Source: Nitrospirota bacterium
GTDB taxonomy: Bacteria > Nitrospirota > UBA9217
Length of the DNA stretch: 64,000 nucleotides
Reading direction: 5' to 3'
NCBI GenBank assembly: GCA_963818475.1
Contig: CAWFSF010000005.1
Coordinates: 480,001-544,000, forward strand
Position 1 is the first letter of the stretch. Each line of letters starts with the position of its first letter. The notes under the pieces were generated by a model. It did not search any database, was not told the origin of the DNA, and saw only the letters and a list, made by a program, of their open reading frames with translations. Position numbers and translations under genes: made by a program. Shown here piece by piece: positions 20,300-30,893 of this stretch.

Positions 20300-23200
20300 A
20301 TGCATGCCGAAGAAAGCGATGATGGCCCTTTGGATACAGTGAACGATGTACAAGCCCTCCCTCCCCGGAAACAGGCGATACCGCTCTTTCTGGCGCTGAC
20401 CGCAGCGGGCGCTGTTGGCAACTATTACGGGTACGAGATTTTTTTCGATATCCATTTCATCTTCGGCAGCATCTTCGCCCTGCTGGCCCTGCAGCTCCTC
20501 GGCTTCGGCCCGGGCTTGCTTGCGGCCGTCGTTATCAGCAGTGTCACCTACCTTATCTGGAACCACCCCTACGCCATCGTGACCATGTCCTGCGAAGTGC
20601 TGGCGGTCGGGTGGCTCAACACCCGAAAGAACGTGGGAATCGTGTTTGCTGACGCGCTCTACTGGCTGTGCCTCGGCATTCCGCTCGTCTTCCTCTTCTA
20701 CTCCGGCATCATGGACCTCTCGATCAGCACCACCGTGATCACCAGCCTGAAACAGTCGATGAACGGCATTGCCAACGCTCTGCTTGCCCGGCTGCTCTTT
20801 ATGGCACTTTCCTTCCGCTCCCGAAAGAGGCTTTTTTCGATCCGGGAGGTCATGTTCAATATGCTGGCGCTGTTTGTGCTTGCGCCATCATTGCTCCTGC
20901 TGTCCATTGAAATCAAAACGGAGTTCAGTGATACCGATCAGGCGATCCGCCAGTCCCTTTCCCGGGCAAGCAAGCGTGTTTCGGACAGCCTTGAAACGTG
21001 GCTTGAAGGACAAGCCAACCCGATCGTCCATCTGGCTAAGATCGCCGGTTCGCATTCCGTCTCCGACCTGCAGCGCAGCATTGATGATGCGCACGCCATG
21101 AGCAGGGAATTCCTGCGCATGGGATTGCTGGACAAGAATGCAACCATTGTCGCTTTCTCACCGCGCTTTGACGAGTTCGGGCAGAGCAATATAGGCAAAA
21201 ACTTCGCTGATCGGCCGTTCATACCCCTCCTGAAGCAGACGCTGAAACCGATGCTCTCCGAAGTCGTAATGGGAAGGATCGGCACACCAAAACCGATGGT
21301 GACCATTCTGGCGCCCGTGGTCACCCGGGGCGCCTATGCCGGATACGTGACGGGAATACTTGACCTGCAGCAGGTGAAGGCGCTCATCTCATTGAATGCT
21401 CCGGGCCAATCGTTGCCGGAGCTTCATTACACGCTCCTCGACAAGAACAACAGGATCATTATTACGAATCGGGAGAACCTGAAAGTCATGGAGCTGTTTG
21501 TCCGCGCGCCGGGCGACCTGATTCGGCTGGGTGACGGCATTCAACAGCGGATTCCCGTGAGCCGGAAGAACATAGCATTCTCTGATAGGTGGATGAACTC
21601 CTATTACATCGTGGAGACCGGGATCGGTCCCCTGGCGGAGTGGAAGCTGGTCCTGGAGCAGCCGGTCGCGCCATTCCAGAAAAAGCTGTATAAAAAATAT
21701 GCCGGTCAGCTGATCCTGGTATTCCTCATAATCCTGTCCGCGTTGGTGGTCGCCGAGATTCTGAGCCGAAAGATCATCAAGCCCTTGAACAAGCTGACGG
21801 AAATATCCACCGGCCTGCCGGACCGGCTTTCGACCGGCGAGAATATCGCCTGGGCCGGGAGCGCGCTCCTGGAAACCGAGCGCCTGCTCGTGAACTTCAG
21901 GGACATGGCAAACGCGCTGTCCGATAAATTCAACGAGATCAGGAGAATGAATGTCTCGCTGGAGGCACGGGTACGGGAAAAAACGCGGGACCTGCAGGAG
22001 AGCGAGGAGCGGTACCGGAATCTCTTCGAAAACAACCTCTCCGTCATGCTGATCATCGATCCGGAAAACGGTGCTATCGTGGATGCCAACCCGGCGGCCA
22101 GCGCCTACTACGGATGGACCCGGGAGGAGTTGAAACGCAGAAAAATAACAGAGATCAACAGGCTCCAGCCGGAAGAGCTCGCCGCTGAAATGGCGCTCGC
22201 AAGGGCACAGACCCGCAATCATTTCTTTTTCCAGCACCGCCGTTCCGATGGAACGATCCGGGATGTGGAGGTCTACAGCGGGCCGGTGCTCACCTCCGGG
22301 AAAACCCTGCTGCTTTCCATTGTGCATGACATAACGGAGCGAAAACAGGCGGAGCGGCTGCTGTCCGAAATTTCCCTGTTCAATGAACAGATGCTCACGA
22401 CGCTCTCGGTCGGCGTCGCATCCTACGATGCGGAAGGAAAGTGCGTGTCCTGTAATGATGCCGCAGCGCGTCTGATCGGCGTGTCACGAGAGGCATTCAT
22501 GCTGCAAAATTTCCGTTTGCTCGAATCCTGGAAAAAATCCGGGCTGCTGGAGGCTGCGGACAAAACCCTTTCCTCAGGCGTTGCCTCCCGGCTGCAGGTC
22601 CACATAGTAACTTCTTTTGGTAAAGATATCTGGCTGGACTGTATCTTTTCCAGGTTTTTTTCAGGCGCCGGCGGGAAACCGCACCTCCTCGTCGTTTTTT
22701 CCGATGTATCGGCAGCCAAACATGCCGAAGAGCTTATCAAGGATCAGGCGAAGGAGCTGCAGAGCATCCTTGACACCCTGAGCGTAGGGGTCGCTCATGT
22801 CAAGGACCGCAGCATACTCTGGGCCAATGCTTCCTTTGACCGGATATTCGGGTACGAACCCGGAGAGACCAGGGGTATGGGATCGCTGCTGCTGTATGCC
22901 GACAGCGAAGGGTATGGACGGATCGGGCGGGAAGGATATGCCCGGCTCTCCGCGGGAAAGACTTATTCCACAGAAGCGCGGATGAAAAAAAAGGACGGCA
23001 GTCTGTTCTGGGGCGGTATTGTGGGGCGGGCCATTGATCCAGGGTCCCCTGATGCGGGATCGATCTGGATGTTCCAGGATATCACCGACCGAAAGCAGGC
23101 GGAGGAGGCCTTGCAGGAAAAGACGCTTCAACTCGAAGACGTGACCAGAAATCTTGAAAAAAGAGTTACCCTGGAAATAGCGCAACGGATGAAGAACGAA

Positions 23201-23977
23201 CAGCTCCTGGTCCAGCAGTCCAAGCTGGCCGCCATGGGTGAGATGATCGGCGCCATCGCCCACCAGTGGCGGCAGCCGCTTAATATTCTCGGCCTCATTG
23301 TACAGAATGCGCAGGACGCATTCGCCCATGGCGAACTGGACAAGGCGTACATGGAAGGCACGGTGCAAAAAGCCATGGCGCAGATCCAGCACATGTCCAA
23401 GACCATAGACGATTTCCGGAACTTCTTCATGCCGGACAAGGAGAGGACCGTTTTTGATACAATGCGCGCCGTGGGCGATGTGCTGTCCCTCTTCTCGGCG
23501 CAGCTGGCGGCCAATGATATCGGATACACCCTCACCTGCCATACGCATGGGAGGACGTTCGATAACCAGGAGAATATCGTTCCCTGCGAGGAAAAGTTTC
23601 TGGAGGGTTTCAGGAACGAATTTGAGCATGTCATTCTCAATTTGATCAACAATGCCAAAGACGCCATCCTGGACAGACGAGAAAAGGACCTGACGGCCCG
23701 AGCGGAGCGGGGCTCAGTAGCCTTTGATTTTTACCAGGCCGAGGGCAGGATCATCATCATGGTGAGCGACAATGGCGGCGGCATACCGAAAGAAGCGCTC
23801 AACAGGATATTCGAGCCTTACTTCACCACCAAGGACCATTCCCGGGGGACCGGCCTGGGGCTCTACATGTCAAAGGTTATTATCGAGGACCATATGCAGG
23901 GGAAATTGTCAGCCCGGAACCATGCGCACGGCGCAACGTTTATCATCGAACTTCCCTTGTCGGAGAAAGAGGCGTGA
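20300..23977 (+). CDS. Membrane sensor histidine kinase (TM region, Cache-like domain, 3 PAS, HisKA, HATPase)
   Basis: N-terminal TM helices, PAS ends (HDITERK, QDITDRK), H-box IAHQWRQPLN, NAKDA, DNGGG, FEPYFTTK, GTGLGL. Confidence 0.92.
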   Translation: MHAEESDDGPLDTVNDVQALPPRKQAIPLFLALTAAGAVGNYYGYEIFFDIHFIFGSIFALLALQLLGFGPGLLAAVVISSVTYLIWNHPYAIVTMSCEVLAVGWLNTRKNVGIVFADALYWLCLGIPLVFLFYSGIMDLSISTTVITSLKQSMNGIANALLARLLFMALSFRSRKRLFSIREVMFNMLALFVLAPSLLLLSIEIKTEFSDTDQAIRQSLSRASKRVSDSLETWLEGQANPIVHLAKIAGSHSVSDLQRSIDDAHAMSREFLRMGLLDKNATIVAFSPRFDEFGQSNIGKNFADRPFIPLLKQTLKPMLSEVVMGRIGTPKPMVTILAPVVTRGAYAGYVTGILDLQQVKALISLNAPGQSLPELHYTLLDKNNRIIITNRENLKVMELFVRAPGDLIRLGDGIQQRIPVSRKNIAFSDRWMNSYYIVETGIGPLAEWKLVLEQPVAPFQKKLYKKYAGQLILVFLIILSALVVAEILSRKIIKPLNKLTEISTGLPDRLSTGENIAWAGSALLETERLLVNFRDMANALSDKFNEIRRMNVSLEARVREKTRDLQESEERYRNLFENNLSVMLIIDPENGAIVDANPAASAYYGWTREELKRRKITEINRLQPEELAAEMALARAQTRNHFFFQHRRSDGTIRDVEVYSGPVLTSGKTLLLSIVHDITERKQAERLLSEISLFNEQMLTTLSVGVASYDAEGKCVSCNDAAARLIGVSREAFMLQNFRLLESWKKSGLLEAADKTLSSGVASRLQVHIVTSFGKDIWLDCIFSRFFSGAGGKPHLLVVFSDVSAAKHAEELIKDQAKELQSILDTLSVGVAHVKDRSILWANASFDRIFGYEPGETRGMGSLLLYADSEGYGRIGREGYARLSAGKTYSTEARMKKKDGSLFWGGIVGRAIDPGSPDAGSIWMFQDITDRKQAEEALQEKTLQLEDVTRNLEKRVTLEIAQRMKNEQLLVQQSKLAAMGEMIGAIAHQWRQPLNILGLIVQNAQDAFAHGELDKAYMEGTVQKAMAQIQHMSKTIDDFRNFFMPDKERTVFDTMRAVGDVLSLFSAQLAANDIGYTLTCHTHGRTFDNQENIVPCEEKFLEGFRNEFEHVILNLINNAKDAILDRREKDLTARAERGSVAFDFYQAEGRIIIMVSDNGGGIPKEALNRIFEPYFTTKDHSRGTGLGLYMSKVIIEDHMQGKLSARNHAHGATFIIELPLSEKEA

Positions 23978-23978
23978 C

Positions 23979-24621
23979 ATGAACGACCAGCAACAGTTTG
24001 ACCTTTCGGTCCTCTATGCTGAGGATGAGGCGATCACCCGCGAAGAGATCCTCCTGTTTCTGAAACGCAGAGTGCGGGACGTTTTTGCTGCCGCGGGACG
24101 GGAAGGAAGGGCTGGAACTGTTTCGCCAAAAAAAACCCGACCTCGTTATTACCGATATCCGGATGCCGCACATGGACGGATTGAAAATGGCAAAGGCAAT
24201 ACGGGCGGTCGACCATGAAGTACAGATCATCGTAACGACCGCTCACAGCGATGCCTCCTCCATGATGGAGGCTATCGACGCGGGGGTCGACCAGTACGTG
24301 CTGAAACCCATTGTGACGGAAAAGCTTATTTCCGCCATCGGGAAATGCGCCCAGTTGTTCGCATACCGAAGATCGGCAAAACAGTATTTGGATGAACGGG
24401 AGCGGATGATCATCGAGCTGCAGGATGCTCTCGCGAAAGTAAAGCTCCTGAGCGGATTTCTGCCGATCTGCGCGTCCTGCAAAAAGATCAGGAATGACCA
24501 GGGCTACTGGCAGCAGATCGAGGCGTACATCAGCGAGCATTCGGAAGCAGAGTTTTCACACGGCGTGTGTCCGGATTGCGCGGAACGGCTCTACGGAAAG
24601 TATTACAAGGTAAAGAAGTGA
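23979..24621 (+). CDS. Response regulator with C-terminal CxxC...HxxCxxC tail (frameshift near 24095)
   Basis: VLYAEDE, PDLVITDIRMPHMDG, YVLKP; LPICASCKKIR...FSHGVCPDC. Confidence 0.85.
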
Positions 24622-24710
24622 GCCGGGGGTCCCGCGATCAAGCAGGGCGATTCGCCATTACTGATCAACACTGAGTAACTGACAAACCAAATTCTACTCA
24701 AAATGGCAAG

Positions 24711-24825
24711 AATATTTACCACGAAGAACACGAAGTTCACGAAGAAAAACGTACAAGGCCGTTGTTAAAGACGTTCGCACGTTGAATTCCTTCGTGCGCT
24801 TCGCGGCCTTCGTGGTGAAAATATT
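24711..24825. repeat. 9-mer periodic palindromic element
   Basis: aatatttaccacgaag-aacacgaag-ttcacgaag ... cttcgtgcg-cttcgcggc-cttcgtggtgaaaatatt. Confidence 0.65.
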
Positions 24826-24884
24826 AGAGTTCCGGCTTGTCCGGGTTAGGCCAATAGAAACAGCGCTCCCTTGAGGAGGGAACC

Positions 24885-25109
24885 ATGACCGTGGATAAAT
24901 ATCTTGATGTTGTCGGCAAGGCGTGTCCCATTCCGCTCATTACAGTTGCCAAGGAGGTGCGCACCATGCGAAAAGGCCAGCTACTGCGCATCATCGGAAA
25001 TGATCCGATTTTTGAAACAACGATCCTTGATTTTTGCCGGGAGGGTGGGCACGAAGTTCAAGAGACAATCCGCGACGGGAAAAAAGTGAGCATCACTTTT
25101 AAGGTCTAG
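24885..25109 (+). CDS. TusA/SirA-family sulfur carrier
   Basis: LDVVGKACPIP motif, 74 aa, GAGGAGG RBS. Confidence 0.88.
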   Translation: MTVDKYLDVVGKACPIPLITVAKEVRTMRKGQLLRIIGNDPIFETTILDFCREGGHEVQETIRDGKKVSITFKV

Positions 25110-25146
25110 ATGCGTGAACCGGCAGTCAGTAAGATCGGAGGCTGGG

Positions 25147-25675
25147 ATGAACAAGAAAGCTACCATTCTATTGCACAGCGGCGACATGGACAAGGCGCTT
25201 GCCGCCTTTATCTTTGCCAATGGCTACGCCGCATTGGGCGTGGAGGTCAAGATGTGGTTCATGATCTGGGGCCATAACTGCCTCAAGAAGCGGAAAAGCC
25301 TGTTTTCCTTCCGGCGGAAACCGGATCCGGCCCGGGAAGGCGCTTACCGGGTTCTGGAGACGGACAACATCCTGCAGCCCCTGATCGAAATGCTCAACCG
25401 CGGCGGCGCGGATCATTTGCCCTTATCGCGGCTCAATCTCATGGGACTGGGGCCGCTGCTGTTCGGCAAAATGCTCAAAAAGAAAAACATACCAAGCCTG
25501 GAAGAACTGATCAGAAGCGCCGATGATCTGGGCGTTCAGTTCATCATGTGCCAGATCTGTTTCGATGCCATGGGCCTGAGCGTGGATGACCTTATCGTGC
25601 CGCATGTCGACAGTGCAAGGGGTCTCCGCCTACGCGAAGGACACCATGGAAGCACACGTTAATTTATTCATCTGA
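25147..25675 (+). CDS. DsrE/DrsH-like (DsrE2) sulfur-relay protein (indel near 25620)
   Basis: HSGDMDKALAAFIFANG...FMIWG...LPLSRLNLMG...PSLEELI...MCQICFDAMG...VNLFI. Confidence 0.82.
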
Positions 25676-25691
25676 TGAGTGGAGGAAACAG

Positions 25692-27742
25692 ATGCACGCC
25701 CAATCGGACTCAAATAAGCAGGAGGCCCTGGATCGCCTGATCGAGGAGAATGCCTTCCTGCGCTCGGCCCTGGAAAAGACCGACCAGGGAAAGGAGCTGA
25801 TCCAGCAACGGGAAGAATTCTCACTGCTCTTATCGGTCAGCAAGCTCATTGTATCGGAGCTGAGACCTGGACACGGTATTTCAACTGGTCGCCAGTAAGG
25901 CCCGGGATCTTGTGCAGGCGGATATGCTGCTGGTGCCGATGCTGAACGAACAACGGGACCGGTATACCTATAAGGCCGCCGTCGGTCCTGATGCCGAGGC
26001 TGTCCTGGACGCGAGCTTTCCCGTTACCGTCGGCATGTGCGGCTGGGTGCTGCAAAACGAGCGAAGTCTCTTGTTCGGCGAATCACAGTCCGTGCTGGCT
26101 GGATGAAACGACAACCTGGGAAAAGGGGCAGCAATCCGCCGTATTGGTCCCCCTGTTCGGCAGAAAACAGATCATTGGCGGACTGTCGGCTCTGGGCAAA
26201 AAAGGGGGAGGCAGCTTTACCCCGCACGACCTTGACCTGCTGACCATGTTCGCCAACCAGGTCAGCACGGCCATTGAAAATGCCGGGCTGTTCCATCAAC
26301 TGCAAAGCGAGATTGAGGAACGCCGGCAGGCGGAGATCGCGTTGCGGGAAAGCGAGCAGTCCTACAAAACCCTCGCGGAAAATCTCCCGGGACTGGTGTA
26401 CCGGGTGTTTATCCGTGAAAAGAACCGCATGAAATTTTTCAACAGATCAAGCCGGGAGATGATCGGATGCCTGGAAAGCGATCTTGAAAGCGGCGAAGTC
26501 TGTTCAATTGTTTCGCTGATCGTGCCCGAAGACCGCCCTGCTGTTGTTGCCGAGGTGCAACGGGCGATACAGGAAAACAAACCCTTTGCCGTCGAGTATC
26601 GTTTGCGTCATAAGGACGGAACGATCCGATACCTTTCCGAAGTGGGGGCGCCGATAGCAGGGAACGACGGTAAGCCGCTGTATATCGACGGAGTGATCTT
26701 TGACAATACCGAACGCAGGCGCGAGGCGCGGCTGTTGACGGAGAGCGATGCCCGTCTGCGCACCCTGGTGCAGACCATCCCCGACCTGGTCTGGCTCAAG
26801 GACGCCGATGGCATTTATCTATCCTGCAACCCCATGTTCGAACGCGTCTACGGCGCACGGGAAGCGGACATCATCGGCAAGACCGACTATGATTTCGTGA
26901 ACAAAGAGCTGGCGGACTCCTTTCGCGAGCACGACCTCAAGGCCATGGCAGCGGGCAAGCCGACCAGCAACGAGGAATGGCTCACCTTTGCTGAGAACGG
27001 CTACCGGGGGACGTTTGACACTATCAAAACTCCGATGTATGATGCCGAAGGTACGCTCATCGGCGTGCTCGGCATTGCCCGTGATATCACCGGGCGCAAG
27101 CGCGCGGAGGAGCAGATCGTCAAGTCGCTCAGGGAAAAGGATGTGATGCTGAAGGAGATCCACCATCGCGTAAAGAACAACATGCAGGTGATCTACAGCC
27201 TGTTGAGCCTCCAGGCAAAGAGCATTGACGACCCATCGGTGCGCACCCTGTTCGTGGAGAGCCAGAACCGGGTGCATACCATGGCGCTGATCCACGAACG
27301 GTTGTATCGATCCGAGGACCTGGCCCACATCGATTTTAAGGAGTACCTGCAGAGCCTTGTTGTCGATATTGCGGACACCTACAAGCGGCACGACGTTGTC
27401 CTGTCCGTGGACATGGAACCGATGGCCCTTGACGTGAATGCCGGAATTCCCTGCGGCCTGATCGTGAATGAACTGGTTTCGAACAGCCTGAAGCACGCCT
27501 TTCCCGAGGGAAGATCGGGAATGGTCAGGCTCGGGATCCGCAAGGACAACGATGGGAACAATGTCCTGTTCGTCGCAGACAACGGGATCGGATTCCCGGA
27601 AACAGTCGACTTCCGAGGCACATCAACGCTTGGCTTACAGCTGGTCAACGTGCTTGCCGGTCAGCTGCGCGGAACGATCGAGCTTTCGCACGCAGAGGGA
27701 ACGGCCTTCAGCATAACATTTCCGGAAAGTAGCTCTAATTAG
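25692..27742 (+). CDS. Soluble GAF-PAS-PAS histidine kinase (HisKA_2), indels near 25865 and 26090
   Basis: GAF (FTPHDLDLLTMFANQVSTAIENA), PAS/PAC, EIHHRVKNNMQ, NELVSNSLKHAF, DNGIG. Confidence 0.88.
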
Positions 27743-27775
27743 TAACATAATTAATTGCATCATCACGGGGGGATT

Positions 27776-30700
27776 GTGGCAGCTGAAATTCAGGAGCGAA
27801 AAGAAGGTCTCGTTTCCATCTGGCTTATCGTACTCTTCGCTATTCTAACGTATTCCCTTGTCGTCCCTGCTGCAGAGGCGCAAACCAGGGAGCTTGCCGG
27901 CAACCGGACGACGCTTAGGGCCGTCATCCCCGACGACGTTCCCCCAACCTACTTCCGGGATCCGAAAACCCATAAAGCCGCGGGCTTTGCCGTGGATGTC
28001 ATGAACGAAATAGCCGGGCGTGCCGGGCTTTCAGTGGTCTACACGTTTGAAGAGGATTGGCCGGCCATCATCGCCGCGGTAAGGAGCGGGCGGGCCGACA
28101 TAGCGCCTGTTCTGGGCATGTCCGAGGAGAGGACACAAATCCTGGCTTTCACGACGCCTGTCGAAACAGTGCCCGTATCACTATTTGTGCGCTCGGACAA
28201 TACCACTATCAGCGGGTTAAAATCCGGTATTGCGGTCGGGGTGATGCGTGGCAGCGCGGCCTATGACGCAATAAAAAAACAGTATTCTTCCGATATAGCG
28301 CTGAAAAACTATGAACACTTTTCCGAAGGGTTGTTTGATTTATTAGCGGGACAAATAGACGTTTTCTGCTGTCCCGCCACAACACTGAGACTCCTGGCGA
28401 GAGGCGCCGGGGTCGAGGACAAGATCAAGACCGTCGGCGCGCCGCTCATGGAGCTTAAACGTGGCATGGCCATGCGGAAAGACGATGTCGATCTTTTTGC
28501 CAAGCTCAATGCCGTCACGGAAGCATTCGTCGGATCTCCTGAATATCAGAAAATTTATTCAAAATGGTATGGACGAAAAAGACCCTACTTTACTCTTTCG
28601 AAACAGAACGTGCAAACCATCATTGTCATTGCCCTGATTATCATTGCAATGGCATCCTGGCGTCATCGTTCCATGCTCGGCATGAACCGCAGACTTCTCC
28701 AGAGTGAGGCAGCACTCAAGGAGGCGCAAAACATCGCCCGGATAGGGCGGTGGGAATTAGACCTGCTCAATAACAGTCTTCGGTGGTCAGACACCATTTT
28801 CGATATATTTGAGATCGACCAAACGCAATTCGGTGCCACCTATGAGGCATTCCTCGAAACCATCCATCCTGACGACCGCGAAACGGTCAATAAGGCCTAT
28901 ACGGAGTCACTCAAAAACAAACAACCGTATGACGTTACGCACCGCTTGTTAATGAAGGATGGGCGCGTCAAGTGGCTGAGTGAAGTTTGTCGAACCGATT
29001 ACAATCCGCAAGGGCAGGCGATCCGATCCGTGGGCATCGTGCAGGACATCACCGAGCAAAAACAGGTTGAAGATGCGCTTCGGGAGAGCGAAAAAAGATA
29101 CCGTCAGTTGTTTGAGAACATGCAGGAAGGTTTCATGATTCAGGATGTCATTACGGACGACGCAGGCAAACCGTTAGACGTACGATACCTCGATGTCAAC
29201 CCGGCAGTAGAACGCTTCCTCGGAAAAAGACGCGTGGAGATCATTGGGAAAACACGAACCCAGGTTCTTGGGACACCCGACCCAGCGGTTGTAGAGGCGA
29301 ACATTCGCGTGGCCGACACCGGGCAGCCACTCCATATGGAGCGGTACTCATCTGGAGCTAAACGGTGGTATGAGTCTTTCAGCTATTCATTCGGGCCGGG
29401 ACAGGTCGCGACTCTCGTTTTGGACGTTACCGAGCGAAAGCGGGCTGAGGAAAAGGTCAGGCAGAGCGGGGCCAAATTTCGGAACCTGTTCGACTCATCA
29501 ACGGACGGCATCTTCATCATCGACCTCGAGGGTAACTTCATCGATCTGAACACTACGGCCTACACGCGACTGGGGTATACGAAGGAGGAGATGCTCGCAC
29601 TGCATATCAGTAAGCTCGACCACCCGGAGTTCTCCCCCCACGCCGCAGAACGGATGAAGCAGATACAGGAGCACGGCTTCGCTGTGTTTGAGTCCGCCCA
29701 TCTGCGCAAGGATGGCTCTGCAATGCCGGTGGAGGTCAATGCGCGGCTGATGGAGTACGATGGAAGGACTGTATTCTTCAGCATGATACGCGACATCACC
29801 GAACGCAAAAAGGCGGAGAAGGCGCTGCGCGAGAGCGAAAAGCGGTATCACGTCCTGTTCGATCAGTCCCCTGACGGCATACTGCTCATAGACACCGAGG
29901 GAAAGATCCTCGAATTCAATGACGCGGCCCATCGCCAGCTGGGATACTCTCGCGAGGAGTTTGCACAACTACGACTTTTCGATCTCGATCCTGTCGAGAG
30001 CCCTGAAGAAATACGAGGCAGCCTCAGCTAAAATCCAGGAGATGGGCCAGGCCAGGTTCGATGTCAAGCATAGGACAAAGCAGGGAGAGAGCCGGGATGT
30101 TTATGTTATCGCGCAAGCCATGATTTTGTCGGACAGGCCGGTTGTGCATACGATATGGCACGACATCACCGAACGCAAGAAGGCGGAGGAACTGATCCTG
30201 AGTTCGCTCAAAGAAAAGGAAGTGCTGCTCAAGGAGATCCATCATCGGGTGAAGAACAACCTGCAGGTGATCAATAGTCTGCTTAATCTCCAGGCAAAGA
30301 ACATCGCTGACACGAAAATCCGCGCAATATTCGAGGACGCGCGAAACAGGGTGAACTCTATGGCACTGATACACCAAAAGCTGTATCAGTCGGAGGACCT
30401 GTCCCATATTAATTTCAATGAATATCTGGGGAGCCTCGTCGCGGGCATTGCGGACACCTACAAACGGCGCGACGTTGTTGTGTCCGTGGACAGGGAACCG
30501 ATCACCCTTGATGTGAACGTCGGCATCCCCTGCGGACTGATCGTAAATGAGCTGGTCTCGAACTGCTTGAAATACGCATTCCCTGAGGGGCGACCGGGAA
30601 CAATCACCGTCGGAATCAGCAAAGACGGCAAAGGGAGCAATGTTCTGACGGTCGCGGACAACGGGATCGGCTTCCCGGATGCAGTGGACTTCCGCACCAC

Positions 30701-30836
30701 CTCATCGCTGGGGCTTCAATTGGTCAATGTGCTGACCAGGCAGATCCAGGGGACGATCGAGCTTTCGAGGACGGAGGGCACAGCGTTCAGAATAACCTTT
30801 CCCGATTCTCGGGGGACCGGCGGTGAAAGGATATGA
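27776..30836 (+). CDS. Periplasmic binding protein (PBPb)-4xPAS histidine kinase (HisKA_2), frameshift near 30020
   Basis: SBP_bac_3-like domain (AAGFAVDVMNEIA...EYQKIYSKWYG), TM, PAS repeats, EIHHRVKNNLQ. Confidence 0.88.
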
Positions 30837-30893
30837 GGCAACATGAGGCAACCGATTAACAACGAATAGTCACGCGAAACAGGGGGATGCATT

